DNA of 52,521 bases from Actinomycetota bacterium (lineage in GTDB: Bacteria > Actinomycetota > Actinomycetes > Nanopelagicales > Nanopelagicaceae), in the NCBI GenBank assembly GCA_041181205.1, contig JBEGPY010000001.1, forward strand, positions 1-52,521, written 5' to 3'. Made by a program: the position numbers and the translations under genes. The notes below the pieces were generated by a model that made no database searches, was not told the origin of the DNA, and worked only from the letters and a program-made list of their open reading frames with translations. Positions within the stretch are counted from its first letter, which is position 1, and each line of letters begins with the position of its first letter. Shown in pieces: positions 33,339 through 44,029 of this stretch.

Positions 33339-33387
33339 GTCCGCAGACGGATTCTCACAGCGCACTAGATTTGAGCGGGGTATAAAC

Positions 33388-33636
33388 ATGGATGGCATTA
33401 CAAATCCACCTATTGATGAACTTCTAGACAAGAGCGGCTCTAAGTACAGTTTAGTTTTGTATGCAGCCAAGCGCGCTCGTCAGATTAATGCCTATTACTC
33501 ACAGCTAGGTGAAGGTCTTCTTGAGTATGTTGGACCGCTAGTTGAGACACATGTTCATGAGAAGCCATTATCAATTGCACTTCGCGAGATTAATGAAGGC
33601 TTACTCACGATTGAAAATCTAGAACCAACAGCTTAA
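33388..33636 (+). CDS. rpoZ: RNA polymerase omega subunit
   Basis: [39 protein letters not shown]. Confidence 0.96.
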   Translation: MDGITNPPIDELLDKSGSKYSLVLYAAKRARQINAYYSQLGEGLLEYVGPLVETHVHEKPLSIALREINEGLLTIENLEPTA

Positions 33637-33647
33637 GTACTAGGTCT

Positions 33648-34832
33648 ATGAGCGCCACTAACCGCGAGGTTATCCTCGGTATCGGTGGTGGAATTGCTGC
33701 ATATAAATCCGCTGATCTATTGCGACGCCTGCAAGATAATGGCTTCGCTGTAACTGTTGTTCCAACCCCTAATTCACTTAACTTTGTTGGTGTAGCAACG
33801 TGGCAAGCCCTTTCCGGTCGTCCAGTAACAACACAGGTGTGGGAAGACGTAGATCAAGTCCGACATATTTCACTAGCAAAGTTGGCCGATTTTTTCATTA
33901 TCGCTCCAGCAACTGCAGATTTGATTGCACGATTAGCCATGGGTCGAGCCGATGATTTACTCACCAACCTCGTCTTAGCTAGCGCAGTCCCGAAGTTACT
34001 TGTTCCAGCGATGCATCCCTCTATGTGGCTGGATCCAGCAACGGTTGCAAATGTTTCAACCTTGCGATCTCGTGGTTTTGTTGTCATGGAACCCGAAGTA
34101 GGACGCTTAACTGGATCTGACTCAGGTCAGGGTCGTTTCCCGCAGACTCAAGTGATAATTGATAGATTCTTTGCGATGAGTGGAATCAAACGCGACCTTG
34201 TTGGCAAAAAGGTTTTAGTTACAGCCGGAGGAACGCGTGAGGCGATTGATCCCGTTCGCTACATTGGAAATAGATCTTCGGGAAAGCAAGGGGTTGCCGT
34301 AGCAAAAGCTGCAGCAGCACGTGGTGCCACGGTGCATCTGATTGCTGCCAATGTTGAGATAGCTGATTGTGATGGCGTGCTGACAACACATGTTGAAAGT
34401 GCAGAGCAGATGCTATCTGAATTAGAGAAAAGCTTTGCTGACACTGACATCTTGGTGATGAGCGCAGCGGTTGCTGACGCTAAACCTAAGAACAGTTCTG
34501 CAGAGAAGATAGATAAAAGCGAATTTATAACTATTGATTTGCAAGTAAATCCTGATCTGTTGGCTACTTTGTCGGCAAAGAAGACCAAGCAAGTGATGGT
34601 TGGATTTGCCGCTCAAACTAGCGAACTGATTGCATCTGCTAAATCTAAACTCGTCTCTAAAGGCTTAGACCTCATATATGTCAATGACGTCACCGGAGGA
34701 GCTATTTTTGGTCAGGACGAGACTGAGGGTACGATTGTGCTTCGCAATGGGGAGTTAATCCCTATCGCACGTCAATCTAAAGACACGCTTGCCCATCATC
34801 TACTCGATTATGCTCTTGAGCAGTTAGGTTAG
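33648..34832 (+). CDS. coaBC: Bifunctional phosphopantothenoylcysteine decarboxylase/synthetase
   Basis: [51 protein letters not shown]. Confidence 0.96.
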   Translation: MSATNREVILGIGGGIAAYKSADLLRRLQDNGFAVTVVPTPNSLNFVGVATWQALSGRPVTTQVWEDVDQVRHISLAKLADFFIIAPATADLIARLAMGRADDLLTNLVLASAVPKLLVPAMHPSMWLDPATVANVSTLRSRGFVVMEPEVGRLTGSDSGQGRFPQTQVIIDRFFAMSGIKRDLVGKKVLVTAGGTREAIDPVRYIGNRSSGKQGVAVAKAAAARGATVHLIAANVEIADCDGVLTTHVESAEQMLSELEKSFADTDILVMSAAVADAKPKNSSAEKIDKSEFITIDLQVNPDLLATLSAKKTKQVMVGFAAQTSELIASAKSKLVSKGLDLIYVNDVTGGAIFGQDETEGTIVLRNGELIPIARQSKDTLAHHLLDYALEQLG

Positions 34833-34836
34833 GACA

Positions 34837-36027
34837 ATGTCACAACGTCTATTCACATCAGAGTCAGTAACCGAGGGCCATCCAGACAAGATTGCAGATG
34901 CAATCTCTGACGCTGTACTGGATTCTTTACTATCGCAAGATAAAAAGTCCCGCGTAGCGGTAGAAACACTCATCACAACTGGACAAGTCCACGTTGCTGG
35001 TGAAGTTACAACTGATGGTTATGCCGATGTTATGGGGATTGTTCGCGATACGGTTTTAAATATTGGTTATGACTCATCGGATAAAGGTTTTGACGGCAAT
35101 AGCTGTGGAGTATCTATCTCAATTGGTCAGCAATCTCAGGATATTGCGCAGGGCGTTGATGATGCATACGAGCACCGTGTTGGTTCACAAGTAGATCCGC
35201 TGGATCTACAAGGTGCTGGTGATCAAGGTTTGATGTTTGGTTACGCTTGTGATGATACGAAGGAATTGATGCCCCTTCCTATCTGGTTAGCCCATGCTCT
35301 TGCTCAACAGTTAACTAAGGTGCGAAAGTCTGGATTACTACCTTATCTTCGCCCTGATGGAAAGACTCAGGTAACCATTGAATATGATGGTGATCGCGCA
35401 GTAGCGCTAAACACTGTAGTTATTTCAAGCCAGCATGCTGAAGAAGTAGACGTTGCAAACAAGCTTACTCCTGAAATTATCGAGCATGTCATTAACCCAA
35501 TCTTGGCAACAATCGATTTACCTCGTAAAGATTTGCGCACATTAATCAACCCAACTGGCCGCTTCGTTATTGGTGGACCTATGGGTGATGCTGGGTTAAC
35601 TGGGCGTAAGATTATTGTTGATACTTACGGTGGAATGGCCCGTCACGGTGGGGGAGCATTTAGTGGCAAAGATCCATCTAAGGTGGATCGTTCTGCGGCA
35701 TATGCAATGCGGTGGGTCGCAAAGAATGTAGTTGCAGCTGGTTTGGCCAGGCGCTGCGAAGTACAGGTTGCATATGCAATTGGTAAGGCGCAGCCTGTAG
35801 GAGTATTTGTTGAAACTTTCGGAACCGAAACTGTCCCTGTATCTAAGATTCAAAACGCAGTGACAACTGTTTTTGATCTCCGACCAGCTGCCATCATTCG
35901 CGATTTAGATCTCTTGCGTCCTATCTATTCACTCACAAGTGCGTACGGACACTTTGGCCGCGAACTTCCAGAGTTTGCTTGGGAACGTACTAATCGCGTT
36001 TCAGAGCTGCAAAACGCAATTAAGTAA
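34837..36027 (+). CDS. metK: S-adenosylmethionine synthetase
   Basis: [28 protein letters not shown]. Confidence 0.98.
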   Translation: MSQRLFTSESVTEGHPDKIADAISDAVLDSLLSQDKKSRVAVETLITTGQVHVAGEVTTDGYADVMGIVRDTVLNIGYDSSDKGFDGNSCGVSISIGQQSQDIAQGVDDAYEHRVGSQVDPLDLQGAGDQGLMFGYACDDTKELMPLPIWLAHALAQQLTKVRKSGLLPYLRPDGKTQVTIEYDGDRAVALNTVVISSQHAEEVDVANKLTPEIIEHVINPILATIDLPRKDLRTLINPTGRFVIGGPMGDAGLTGRKIIVDTYGGMARHGGGAFSGKDPSKVDRSAAYAMRWVAKNVVAAGLARRCEVQVAYAIGKAQPVGVFVETFGTETVPVSKIQNAVTTVFDLRPAAIIRDLDLLRPIYSLTSAYGHFGRELPEFAWERTNRVSELQNAIK

Positions 36028-36032
36028 TCACT

Positions 36033-37916
36033 GTGGCAACGCCACGGCTATTTAGACTCAAGTCGCAGGTGGCACCTGCGCCTAGCGGTCCCGTGGCAAC
36101 AGATTTACCGTATGCACGAGTCTGGGTCGATACAGGAGTTTTTCATTTAGATACTCCGTATGACTATGAAGTTCCAGAAAAGTACTCTCATCTGATTGCA
36201 ACAGGCGTACGTGTGCAAGTCCCATTTGGAAACCGTGAAGTAGAAGCTCTGATTATTGAGCGAGTAGTCGCACCCAGGGTTACTAGTGGGTTGAAATCAA
36301 TAACAAAAGTACTCTCACCGCACCCTGTTGCTACAACTAAATCGTTAGAGCTAATTGCTCAATGCGCACAAAGATGGGCGACAAATCCTTGGGATGTCAT
36401 TAGAAGCGCTATTCCTCCCCGAGTGGCATCAGTTGATAAGGCTCATGAGCCCTATGAATCGAAAATTGTCAGGAGCATTAATCAATCAGATGTATGTTTC
36501 CATGCCTTTGAGCCGCACCTTTCAGCACATGCTCAAGTCGCATCGATTGCCCTTGATTCGAGTCGAAAGGGATCGGTATTAATTGTTGTACCGGATGAAC
36601 GTGACATCCTTGCCATTTGTACGCAGCTTGAAAGTTCTTTTCAACCTGTTTTACGTATAGATAGTGCTATCGCACGCAATGAGAGATATTCAAACTTTTT
36701 GCAGGCTATGGAAGTGCAAAATCAAATCATCATTGGTTCAAGAAGTGCCATCTTTACGCCCTTACCCCCAGGATCCACAGTGATCGTCTTTAAGGAGTCA
36801 TCACCAGATCTTTATGAAGTGCGCTCACCTGCGTGGAATGCACGTGATGTCGCAATGATGCGCAAATCCATAGATTTCGCCCGAGTGATTTTGTGTGGAT
36901 ATGTTCCTTCGCTAGATGTTGCTGCACTTATTGATACAAAGCGAATCGCCTATTTCAATTCAAGTGCGAAGGTATCAGTCAAAGCTTTCACTCCAGTTGA
37001 TTCCTCTCTCTTGCCTGGGCGAATCTTTAGCGACATTCGTTCAAACATCTCTCAGGGTCCAGTCTTGTTTTTATTGCCTCGCAAAGGTTACGCAAATGGA
37101 ATTCTCTGTGCGCACTGTAAAAATGTTGCTCTGTGCAAATGTGGCGGGCGACTTCATCTGACTAGCAAGAATGCCGATCCGGCTTGTCGAATCTGCGGAG
37201 TAACGACTAAAGAATGGAAATGCAGTTTTTGCACGAGAGATAAGAAATTCGTTGTCTCACGGGGCATCGAGAGGGCGCAAGAGGAGATTGCTCGAGCTTT
37301 TCCAAATACGCCCATAGTTCTCTCTTTTGGAGATGTAATTAAAGACCAAGTTGAGAGTAAACCCTGCATAGTTCTGGCAACTCCTGGCGCCATACCGCAA
37401 GTAGATGGTGGATATAGCGCAGTCGTGGTTCTTGAAGGTCTCTCTTACTTTAGTCACGATGATTTGCGGGCAAGTGAGCGAGCAAATGAACTCTTCTTTG
37501 AAGTAGCGGGATCAGTTAAGAAAGGGGGAGTAGTTCTATTAGCAATTGATGATTCACACCCCATTGTTTCTAGTTTGATACGTTGGAATCCATCTGCAAT
37601 CTTGAAGCGAGAATTATCGCTGCGCTCTGAAATCTCTTTCCCGCCATCTGTTAATAGTGCTGTCATGATTCTTCCAACTGCGCAAGCAAGCCCTTTGGTT
37701 TCTGGAATAAATAGAGCGATTTCTGATGCTCGTTTGGCGAGTGATACCCGTGTATTGGGCCCCACCAAAATTGATAGTGAATCAAGCAAGGTTGTGGTTC
37801 TTTCCTCATCGGATTCAAGGGCGACTTTGACTGCGTTTCTACATGAGTTAATGCGACGCAGAAGTATCGCTAAGAAGAGTGATTCCAGCCTTCGAATAGA
37901 TCCATATTCACTTTAG
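36033..37916 (+). CDS. priA: Replication restart protein PriA (helicase motifs degenerate)
   Basis: N-terminal GVRVQVPFG 3'-DNA binding domain, Cys-rich region CAHC/CKC/CRIC/CSFC, C-terminal RIDP; position metK-priA-def. Confidence 0.88.
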   Translation: MATPRLFRLKSQVAPAPSGPVATDLPYARVWVDTGVFHLDTPYDYEVPEKYSHLIATGVRVQVPFGNREVEALIIERVVAPRVTSGLKSITKVLSPHPVATTKSLELIAQCAQRWATNPWDVIRSAIPPRVASVDKAHEPYESKIVRSINQSDVCFHAFEPHLSAHAQVASIALDSSRKGSVLIVVPDERDILAICTQLESSFQPVLRIDSAIARNERYSNFLQAMEVQNQIIIGSRSAIFTPLPPGSTVIVFKESSPDLYEVRSPAWNARDVAMMRKSIDFARVILCGYVPSLDVAALIDTKRIAYFNSSAKVSVKAFTPVDSSLLPGRIFSDIRSNISQGPVLFLLPRKGYANGILCAHCKNVALCKCGGRLHLTSKNADPACRICGVTTKEWKCSFCTRDKKFVVSRGIERAQEEIARAFPNTPIVLSFGDVIKDQVESKPCIVLATPGAIPQVDGGYSAVVVLEGLSYFSHDDLRASERANELFFEVAGSVKKGGVVLLAIDDSHPIVSSLIRWNPSAILKRELSLRSEISFPPSVNSAVMILPTAQASPLVSGINRAISDARLASDTRVLGPTKIDSESSKVVVLSSSDSRATLTAFLHELMRRRSIAKKSDSSLRIDPYSL

Positions 37917-37937
37917 TATTTTTGATAGACTTCACCT

Positions 37938-38498
37938 ATGTCGATTCAAGAGATTCGTTTATTCGGTGACCCGGTGCTATTAACGCCGGCATCACCTGTA
38001 GTCGACTTTGATAAAGAGCTGCGCAAGTTGGTTGCAGATCTCACTGACACAATGCTGGGAGCACCTGGAGCTGGCCTTGCCGCACCACAAATAGGGGTTG
38101 CTTTGCGGGTCTTTACTTGGCACGTTGATGATGTTTTAGGTCATTTGATTAATCCAACGCTAACACTTGGCGATGAAATCCAAGATGGAGAAGAGGGGTG
38201 TCTTTCATTTCCTGAGCTGCGCTATGACGCTAAGAGAGCGATGAATGCAGTGGCAAGAGGTTTCAATATGTTTGGGGAGCCAGTCGTCATCGAAGGTACT
38301 GAATTCTTAGCACGCGCCCTCCAGCATGAAACTGACCATCTTGATGGCATTCTCTTCATTGATCGTCTATCGCCAGAGGATCGCAAAGTGGCTATGCGCG
38401 AAATCCGTGAGTCTGAATGGTTCAATGCACAGAGCGAATCGGGTAAAACACCAACGATTAAGACATCACCGCACTCACTTTTTGGGCGGAATACTTAA
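37938..38498 (+). CDS. def: Peptide deformylase
   Basis: GAGLAAPQIG, EGCLS, QHETDHLDG. Confidence 0.97.
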   Translation: MSIQEIRLFGDPVLLTPASPVVDFDKELRKLVADLTDTMLGAPGAGLAAPQIGVALRVFTWHVDDVLGHLINPTLTLGDEIQDGEEGCLSFPELRYDAKRAMNAVARGFNMFGEPVVIEGTEFLARALQHETDHLDGILFIDRLSPEDRKVAMREIRESEWFNAQSESGKTPTIKTSPHSLFGRNT

Positions 38499-39406
38499 TG
38501 CGTTTAGGAGTAGCCGCTACTCCCGAGGTCGCATTGCCCACCCTTAATTGGTTAAAGACCAGTGGGCATACCCTGGTTCGAGTCATCAGCCAACCTGATA
38601 AACCATCGGGTCGAGGTCAGGAAATGAACTCCTCGCCTGTAAGCCAATGGGCAAAAACTAATTCTATCGAATTGATTACGCCAACTGCATTCTCTGAAAT
38701 AGATGGTGTCTTGTCAGATCTAGATCTATTAATCACGATTGGTTACGGCCGAATTCTGCCGGCGAGCACCCTGTCGATTCCTAAGTTTGGTTGTATTAAC
38801 CTCCACTTTTCGCTTTTGCCTAAATATCGAGGCGCAGCACCGGTTCAAAGAGCAATTGAAGCTGGCGAAACAGAGAGTGGAGTAAGCGTCTTCGCACTTG
38901 ATCCTGGCATGGACACAGGTCCGATTTACACATCCATCACGGTTCCAATCACCGCAACTATGCGCAGCTATGAATTATTAGAGAAACTTTCTGTAGTGGG
39001 AGTAGATGCGGTTAGGGATGCATTGGTTGCTATCGAGAGCGGGGCTGCGCCTTTAGCGCAAGCAGATAAGCCATCGATGGCACCAAAAATAGATCGTGAA
39101 GAAGCAAAACTGAATTGGAACTCCTCCGCTGAATCACTTCTTAATAAGATTCGTGCTTTTTATCCCCAACCACAAGCGTGGACAGTTTTCCGCGGCCAAC
39201 CACTGAAGATTTCAATGGCAAAAATTGACGCATCTAATCTCACGTTAGAACCCGGTGAATTAGGAGTTATTGGATCTGATTGCTGTATCGGAACAGGTGA
39301 TAACGCTCTTGTTCTTGAAAGAGTAACTCCAGCAGGTAAGAAGGAGATGTCGGCCTTAGATTGGTCACGAGGAGCACGGTTTGAGAGTGCGGAACGCTGT
39401 GGTTGA
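38498..39406 (+). CDS. fmt: Methionyl-tRNA formyltransferase
   Basis: SQPDKPSGRG, NLHFSLLPKYRGAAPVQ, MDTGP. Confidence 0.96.
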   Translation: MRLGVAATPEVALPTLNWLKTSGHTLVRVISQPDKPSGRGQEMNSSPVSQWAKTNSIELITPTAFSEIDGVLSDLDLLITIGYGRILPASTLSIPKFGCINLHFSLLPKYRGAAPVQRAIEAGETESGVSVFALDPGMDTGPIYTSITVPITATMRSYELLEKLSVVGVDAVRDALVAIESGAAPLAQADKPSMAPKIDREEAKLNWNSSAESLLNKIRAFYPQPQAWTVFRGQPLKISMAKIDASNLTLEPGELGVIGSDCCIGTGDNALVLERVTPAGKKEMSALDWSRGARFESAERCG

Positions 39407-40748
39407 GGCCAGGCGCTACACCTTCAAGGCCCCTAAGCCAGATGCAGTTCGCTTGTTGGCATTTGATCTCATCACTGAAGTAAATCGCAATGAAGGCTAT
39501 TCAAACCTTCTACTTCCGGCTGCTCTTAATGTCTCTTCATTGGAAGATCGAGACCGCAATCTAGTGACTGAACTTGTCTATGGAACATTGCGTATGCAGG
39601 GAAAGCATGATTGGGTTCTTGCCCAGATCTCAGACAGACCGTGGAATGAAGTTGACTCAGGAATTGTCGATGTTGCGCGCATGGGTGTTCATCAAATTCA
39701 TGAGCTCCGTATTCCAGATCACGCAGCAGTCTCTGCCACTGTTGAAGTTGCCCGTAAGCGTCTAGGGGAGTCTAAGGCCAGCTTTGTTAACGCTCTTTTG
39801 CGTTCTGTTACTCGTAAGAGCTATGAGGAATGGTTTGCACCTCTTGGTGAGATTAGTGATGCAGTCGAAAGGTTATCCATCCAATATTCTCATCCACACT
39901 GGATAATCTCTGCGTATTTTGATTTGTTAAAGGATTGGGACGCAGTTGAAGCAGAACTTGCAACAAACAATGTGCCAGCCCTTCCAACCTTAGTTTCTTG
40001 GCCTGGATATTCAACTCAAGCAGAGTTGGTTGCACTTGGGGCAGAGCCTACGATTTATTCGCAGTTGGGTGCTCGTTTGAAGGGTAATCCTGGAAATTTG
40101 GATGTGATTAAGCATCGCCTAGCTGGCGTGCAAGATGAGGGTTCGCAGTTAGTCGCAATGGTTTTTGCTGCAGCTTCAGCAGGAAGTGCTTGGTTGGATA
40201 TGTGTGCGGGCCCTGGTGGTAAAGCTGCACTTCTTTCCAGTATTGCAAAAGAGCGAGCAATAGATTTTACTGCAAATGAAGTTTCAGCACCTCGCGCCGA
40301 ATTAGTAAAAAAGGTGGTGCACGGCGCAACTGTGTGGTGTGGAGATGGTCGAGAGATCGCAAGTCACGGGAAGAGTTTTGATGCAGTAATCATTGATGCT
40401 CCCTGCACAGGCCTTGGGGCTCTTCGCCGTAGGCCAGAGGTGCGATGGCGCAGGTCTTTAACTGATCTTCGGGAACTCACTTCTTTGCAACGAGAGCTAC
40501 TAGATAGCGCGGTATCAGTGATGAACTCTGGTGCCATTTTGGGCTATGCAACGTGCTCTCCGCATCTGGCTGAAACAACGGTGCAAGTCCTCGATATTTT
40601 GAAGAAACATCCAGAGCTAGAACAGTTAGACATTAATGAGTACCTACCTGAGAACTTAAAAGATGCAACGCGCGGCAAATCAATGTCTCTCTGGACCCAT
40701 AAGCACGGCACGGATGCGATGTTTCTAGCGCTGCTACGAAAGAAGTAG
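39399..40748 (+). CDS. rsmB: 16S rRNA m5C methyltransferase RsmB (Sun/Fmu)
   Basis: NusB-like N-terminus, QDEGSQL, DMCAGPGGK, DAPCTGLG, YATCS; start codon uncertain. Confidence 0.92.
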   Translation: MVEARRYTFKAPKPDAVRLLAFDLITEVNRNEGYSNLLLPAALNVSSLEDRDRNLVTELVYGTLRMQGKHDWVLAQISDRPWNEVDSGIVDVARMGVHQIHELRIPDHAAVSATVEVARKRLGESKASFVNALLRSVTRKSYEEWFAPLGEISDAVERLSIQYSHPHWIISAYFDLLKDWDAVEAELATNNVPALPTLVSWPGYSTQAELVALGAEPTIYSQLGARLKGNPGNLDVIKHRLAGVQDEGSQLVAMVFAAASAGSAWLDMCAGPGGKAALLSSIAKERAIDFTANEVSAPRAELVKKVVHGATVWCGDGREIASHGKSFDAVIIDAPCTGLGALRRRPEVRWRRSLTDLRELTSLQRELLDSAVSVMNSGAILGYATCSPHLAETTVQVLDILKKHPELEQLDINEYLPENLKDATRGKSMSLWTHKHGTDAMFLALLRKK

Positions 40749-40772
40749 CGGCATGAGAGTTAGGCTAGAGAG

Positions 40773-41435
40773 ATGAACCGTGAGATTCGTATAACGCCGA
40801 GCATTCTCAACGCTGATTTTGATCATTTGGAGCAGGAGATAGCCAAGATCTCAAGTGTGTCAGACCTTATTCATTTAGATGTTATGGACAATGTTTTTGT
40901 TCCAAACTTCACCTTTGACTTTGAAAGTGCAAGTGAAATCATTAGGGGTTGTCCTATTGGTGTGGATGCACATTTGATGGTTGCCGACGTTGATCAGATT
41001 GCCCCTCTTTATGCTCAAGTGGGATGTGCAAGTGTGACCATTCATGCCGAAGCTGCCAAGAACATCGGTCAGACATTGCGTGCGATTAGAAGCGAGGGAG
41101 CGAGATCTGGTTTAGCGCTAAAGCCACATACGCCTCTAGCCGACTATGAAGAATTTACTAATCTCGTGGATATGTTCTTGATTATGACTGTCGAACCAGG
41201 TTTTGGTGGGCAAAAATTCATGGGTGAGGTGATGGACAAAGTTCGAGCAACCCGTAAGGTAATTGGCGATCGCCCAATCTGGTTACAAGTTGATGGGGGC
41301 ATATCGCTAGAGACTATAGAGATTGCAGTCGCAGCAGGAGCTGACACATTTGTGGCAGGTAGTGCAGTCTTTAAATCTGATGACCCAGCGCAGATGGTTA
41401 CTGCCTTACGTGCTCTTGCACAGGCCGCGAGTTAG
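40773..41435 (+). CDS. rpe: Ribulose-phosphate 3-epimerase
   Basis: HLDVMD, DAHLM, MTVEPGFGGQKF, VDGGI, VAGSA. Confidence 0.97.
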   Translation: MNREIRITPSILNADFDHLEQEIAKISSVSDLIHLDVMDNVFVPNFTFDFESASEIIRGCPIGVDAHLMVADVDQIAPLYAQVGCASVTIHAEAAKNIGQTLRAIRSEGARSGLALKPHTPLADYEEFTNLVDMFLIMTVEPGFGGQKFMGEVMDKVRATRKVIGDRPIWLQVDGGISLETIEIAVAAGADTFVAGSAVFKSDDPAQMVTALRALAQAAS

Positions 41436-41499
41436 CACTCACTTCTTAAGCCGGAGAAATTGGCAACGGTGGGCTAGTTCTCTCTAGTAAACTCCAGCT

Positions 41500-41763
41500 A
41501 TGAAATCCTTCGAATCTTTATGGGCTGAGTTAAGTGAAAAGGCCCTGCTACGCCCAGATGGTTCAGGAACTGTTGCTGCCCTGGATGCCGGAGTGCACGC
41601 AATCGGCAAGAAGATTTTGGAAGAAGCTGGTGAAGTCTGGTTAGCGGCTGAACACGAGAGTGATGAAGCTTTAGCTGAAGAGATTAGTCAGTTGATTTAT
41701 CACGTGCAAACATTGATGTTAGCTCGAGGTCTGACTCTTGATGATGTCTACACCTACTTATAA
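41500..41763 (+). CDS. hisE: Phosphoribosyl-ATP diphosphatase
   Basis: [23 protein letters not shown]; precedes hisG. Confidence 0.95.
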   Translation: MKSFESLWAELSEKALLRPDGSGTVAALDAGVHAIGKKILEEAGEVWLAAEHESDEALAEEISQLIYHVQTLMLARGLTLDDVYTYL

Positions 41764-41778
41764 GTGAATCGAGCAAAT

Positions 41779-42624
41779 ATGTTACGCATAGCCGTCCCCA
41801 ACAAAGGTTCTCTTGCTGAGGAATCTATTGCCATTCTAAAAGAGGCGGGATACCGCCAACGCACAGATAGCCGTGATTTGGTTCTCATTGATAACGATAA
41901 TGGCGTGGAGTTCTACTACCTTCGCCCTCGTGATATTGCAATCTATGTTGGCTCAGGGGAGTTAGAGGCTGGAATTACAGGTCGAGATCTCTTAATTGAT
42001 TCAGCTGCAAGTGCTCAAGAGCTTCTTTCACTCAATTTTGGAGCTTCAACATTTAGATTCGCTGGACCAGCTGATCGCGAATGGAAGATTTCTGACATCG
42101 CAGGAAAACGCGTTGCAACGGCTTATCCTGGGTTAGTTAATCACCACCTAGCGCAGTTGAAAATCAAAGCTGATGTAGTGCGCTTAGATGGCGCAGTTGA
42201 AAGTAGTGTCAGATTAGGCGTTGCAGATCTGATAGCCGACGTTGTTAGCACTGGAAATACGCTTCGCCAGGCGGGTTTGAAGATATTTGGTGATGCAATA
42301 CTTACAAGTGAGGCAGTTGTAATCTCCAGAAAAGGTGTTGTGATACCTGCTGATTTAGAAGTCCTTATTCGACGTCTGCAAGGCGTTGTTACAGCTCGCA
42401 TGTATGTTCTATTGGACTATGACATTCCCAAGTCTCTAGTAGATAAAGCCTGCGCTATTACTCCTGGTTTAGAGTCACCAACTATTTCACCATTGCAAAA
42501 TGCTGATTGGGTTGCTGTTCGCGCCATGGTTAAGCGCAAAGAGACCAATGATGTTATGGATGAACTCTGGGCTCTTGGCGCCCGTGGAATCTTAGTGACG
42601 GATATCCACGCTTGTCGTCTTTAG
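41779..42624 (+). CDS. hisG: ATP phosphoribosyltransferase (long form)
   Basis: [29 protein letters not shown]-terminal regulatory TPGLESPT. Confidence 0.96.
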   Translation: MLRIAVPNKGSLAEESIAILKEAGYRQRTDSRDLVLIDNDNGVEFYYLRPRDIAIYVGSGELEAGITGRDLLIDSAASAQELLSLNFGASTFRFAGPADREWKISDIAGKRVATAYPGLVNHHLAQLKIKADVVRLDGAVESSVRLGVADLIADVVSTGNTLRQAGLKIFGDAILTSEAVVISRKGVVIPADLEVLIRRLQGVVTARMYVLLDYDIPKSLVDKACAITPGLESPTISPLQNADWVAVRAMVKRKETNDVMDELWALGARGILVTDIHACRL

Positions 42625-43148
42625 ATTTTGCCGATCGAAATCTCTAGACCATTACTTAGAGCAATAGGTGAGAGGGCTTGGCTCAGAGTATCTGTCTTCG
42701 CTCCGGAGAGTATAAATTCAATGGCCGTTGATGGATTGGATGCCAAGCGTGTTATACGTTCGATATTTGCACCACTCTGATGTAAAACTTCTGCCATCTC
42801 TGAAATAGCCTTGGGATTTATTTTCTCACAGGAAATTGTGACGTGGGCAAGATTTGATTTGGTAGATAGCGATGACTTTTCTTCGTATGAGAAAAGTGTG
42901 GCTATATCCACATCCAAACTAGCAGCACAACTTTCCAAATCGGCAGCTATCGCTTCTTCATGAGCTGGGTTTAGAGCAATTAGAACGGTAAGAATAAGTC
43001 GATCTTTAATAACTACCTGTTCAATATCCACAATTGTTATAGCAAAGGGTGAAAGGACCTCGAAGAGGGATTTAGTAATCCCAGGCTTATCTACGCCGCT
43101 GAGAAGGATGAGACCTGTGTATTGCTCAGTATCTGCGCTAGTACTCAT
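42621..43148 (-). CDS. Tandem ACT-domain protein resembling the N-terminal half of actinobacterial SerB, without the HAD phosphatase domain
   Basis: SGVDKPGIT...DIEQVVI...NIERITRLA; ends at 175 aa before any DxDST motif. Confidence 0.78.
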   Translation of the reverse strand: MSTSADTEQYTGLILLSGVDKPGITKSLFEVLSPFAITIVDIEQVVIKDRLILTVLIALNPAHEEAIAADLESCAASLDVDIATLFSYEEKSSLSTKSNLAHVTISCEKINPKAISEMAEVLHQSGANIERITRLASNPSTAIEFILSGAKTDTLSQALSPIALSNGLEISIGKI

Positions 43149-43235
43149 GATAAGGCCAAGATTATCTTAAAATCACATCGTGTAATTGCCACTATTGAGG
43201 GATTTGTTGCTCCCTAACCAGTATCTTTTTGCTCT

Positions 43236-44027
43236 ATGACCACATCACCTGTTCTCGAACTGAGCGATGTCTCAGTACGTCGTGGTGAAAAGTTGATTTT
43301 GGGACCTTTAAATTTTCAAATAGCTCAGGGGGAGCGGTGGGTCATTCTTGGTCCTAACGGTGCAGGCAAATCAACGCTTTTGCAGATTCTGGCTACAAAG
43401 ATTTTCCCCACGCAGGGAACAGTAAGTGTTCTAGGTAAACAAATGGGTCGAGTTGATCTCTTTGAACTTCGCACGCGCATTGGAATTTGTGGTGCACCAA
43501 TAGCTGAAGATATCCCAGGTGATGAAAAAGTTAAGGACGTAGTTTTAACCGCGGCATATGCGATCTTGGGTCGATGGAACGAAAATTATGATTTATGGGA
43601 TGAATCTCGAGCTATTGCTTTGTTGACAACTTTTGGTGTACGTGAGCTAGGGGAGCGTCACTATGGTTCGCTCAGTGAAGGTGAGAAGAAGCGTACGCAA
43701 ATCGCACGAGCACTGATGGCAGATCCCGAACTTCTACTTCTTGATGAGCCCGCAGGCGGATTAGACGTTGGTGGCAGAGAAGATCTTTTACGTCGCTTTG
43801 CCAATTTTGCAGCTGATCCAACGGCTCCGGCAACGATTTTAGTTACACATCACATCGAAGAGATCCCTATGGGAACAACACATGCCTTGCTACTCAAAGA
43901 TGGTCAGATAGCAGTCTCTGGTCCAGTAGAAGCAGTAATTACCTCTGAGCATATTTCTGCGATCTTTAATGAAAAGATCTCTGTTACGCAAGATTCTGGT
44001 CGCTTCTTCGCACGTTCATATCAATAG
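43236..44027 (+). CDS. ABC-type ATP-binding protein (orphan)
   Basis: GPNGAGKST, LSEGE signature variant, LLLLDEP, VTHH. Confidence 0.92.
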   Translation: MTTSPVLELSDVSVRRGEKLILGPLNFQIAQGERWVILGPNGAGKSTLLQILATKIFPTQGTVSVLGKQMGRVDLFELRTRIGICGAPIAEDIPGDEKVKDVVLTAAYAILGRWNENYDLWDESRAIALLTTFGVRELGERHYGSLSEGEKKRTQIARALMADPELLLLDEPAGGLDVGGREDLLRRFANFAADPTAPATILVTHHIEEIPMGTTHALLLKDGQIAVSGPVEAVITSEHISAIFNEKISVTQDSGRFFARSYQ

Positions 44028-44029
44028 CT

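Noticed and set aside
34089-34140. CoaC substrate loop lacks the Cys of the E. coli enzyme (GRLTGSD)
   Set aside because: As I recall this is the usual actinobacterial form, so not evidence of inactivation
34833-34836. SAM riboswitch upstream of metK
   Set aside because: Only 4 bp of intergenic space
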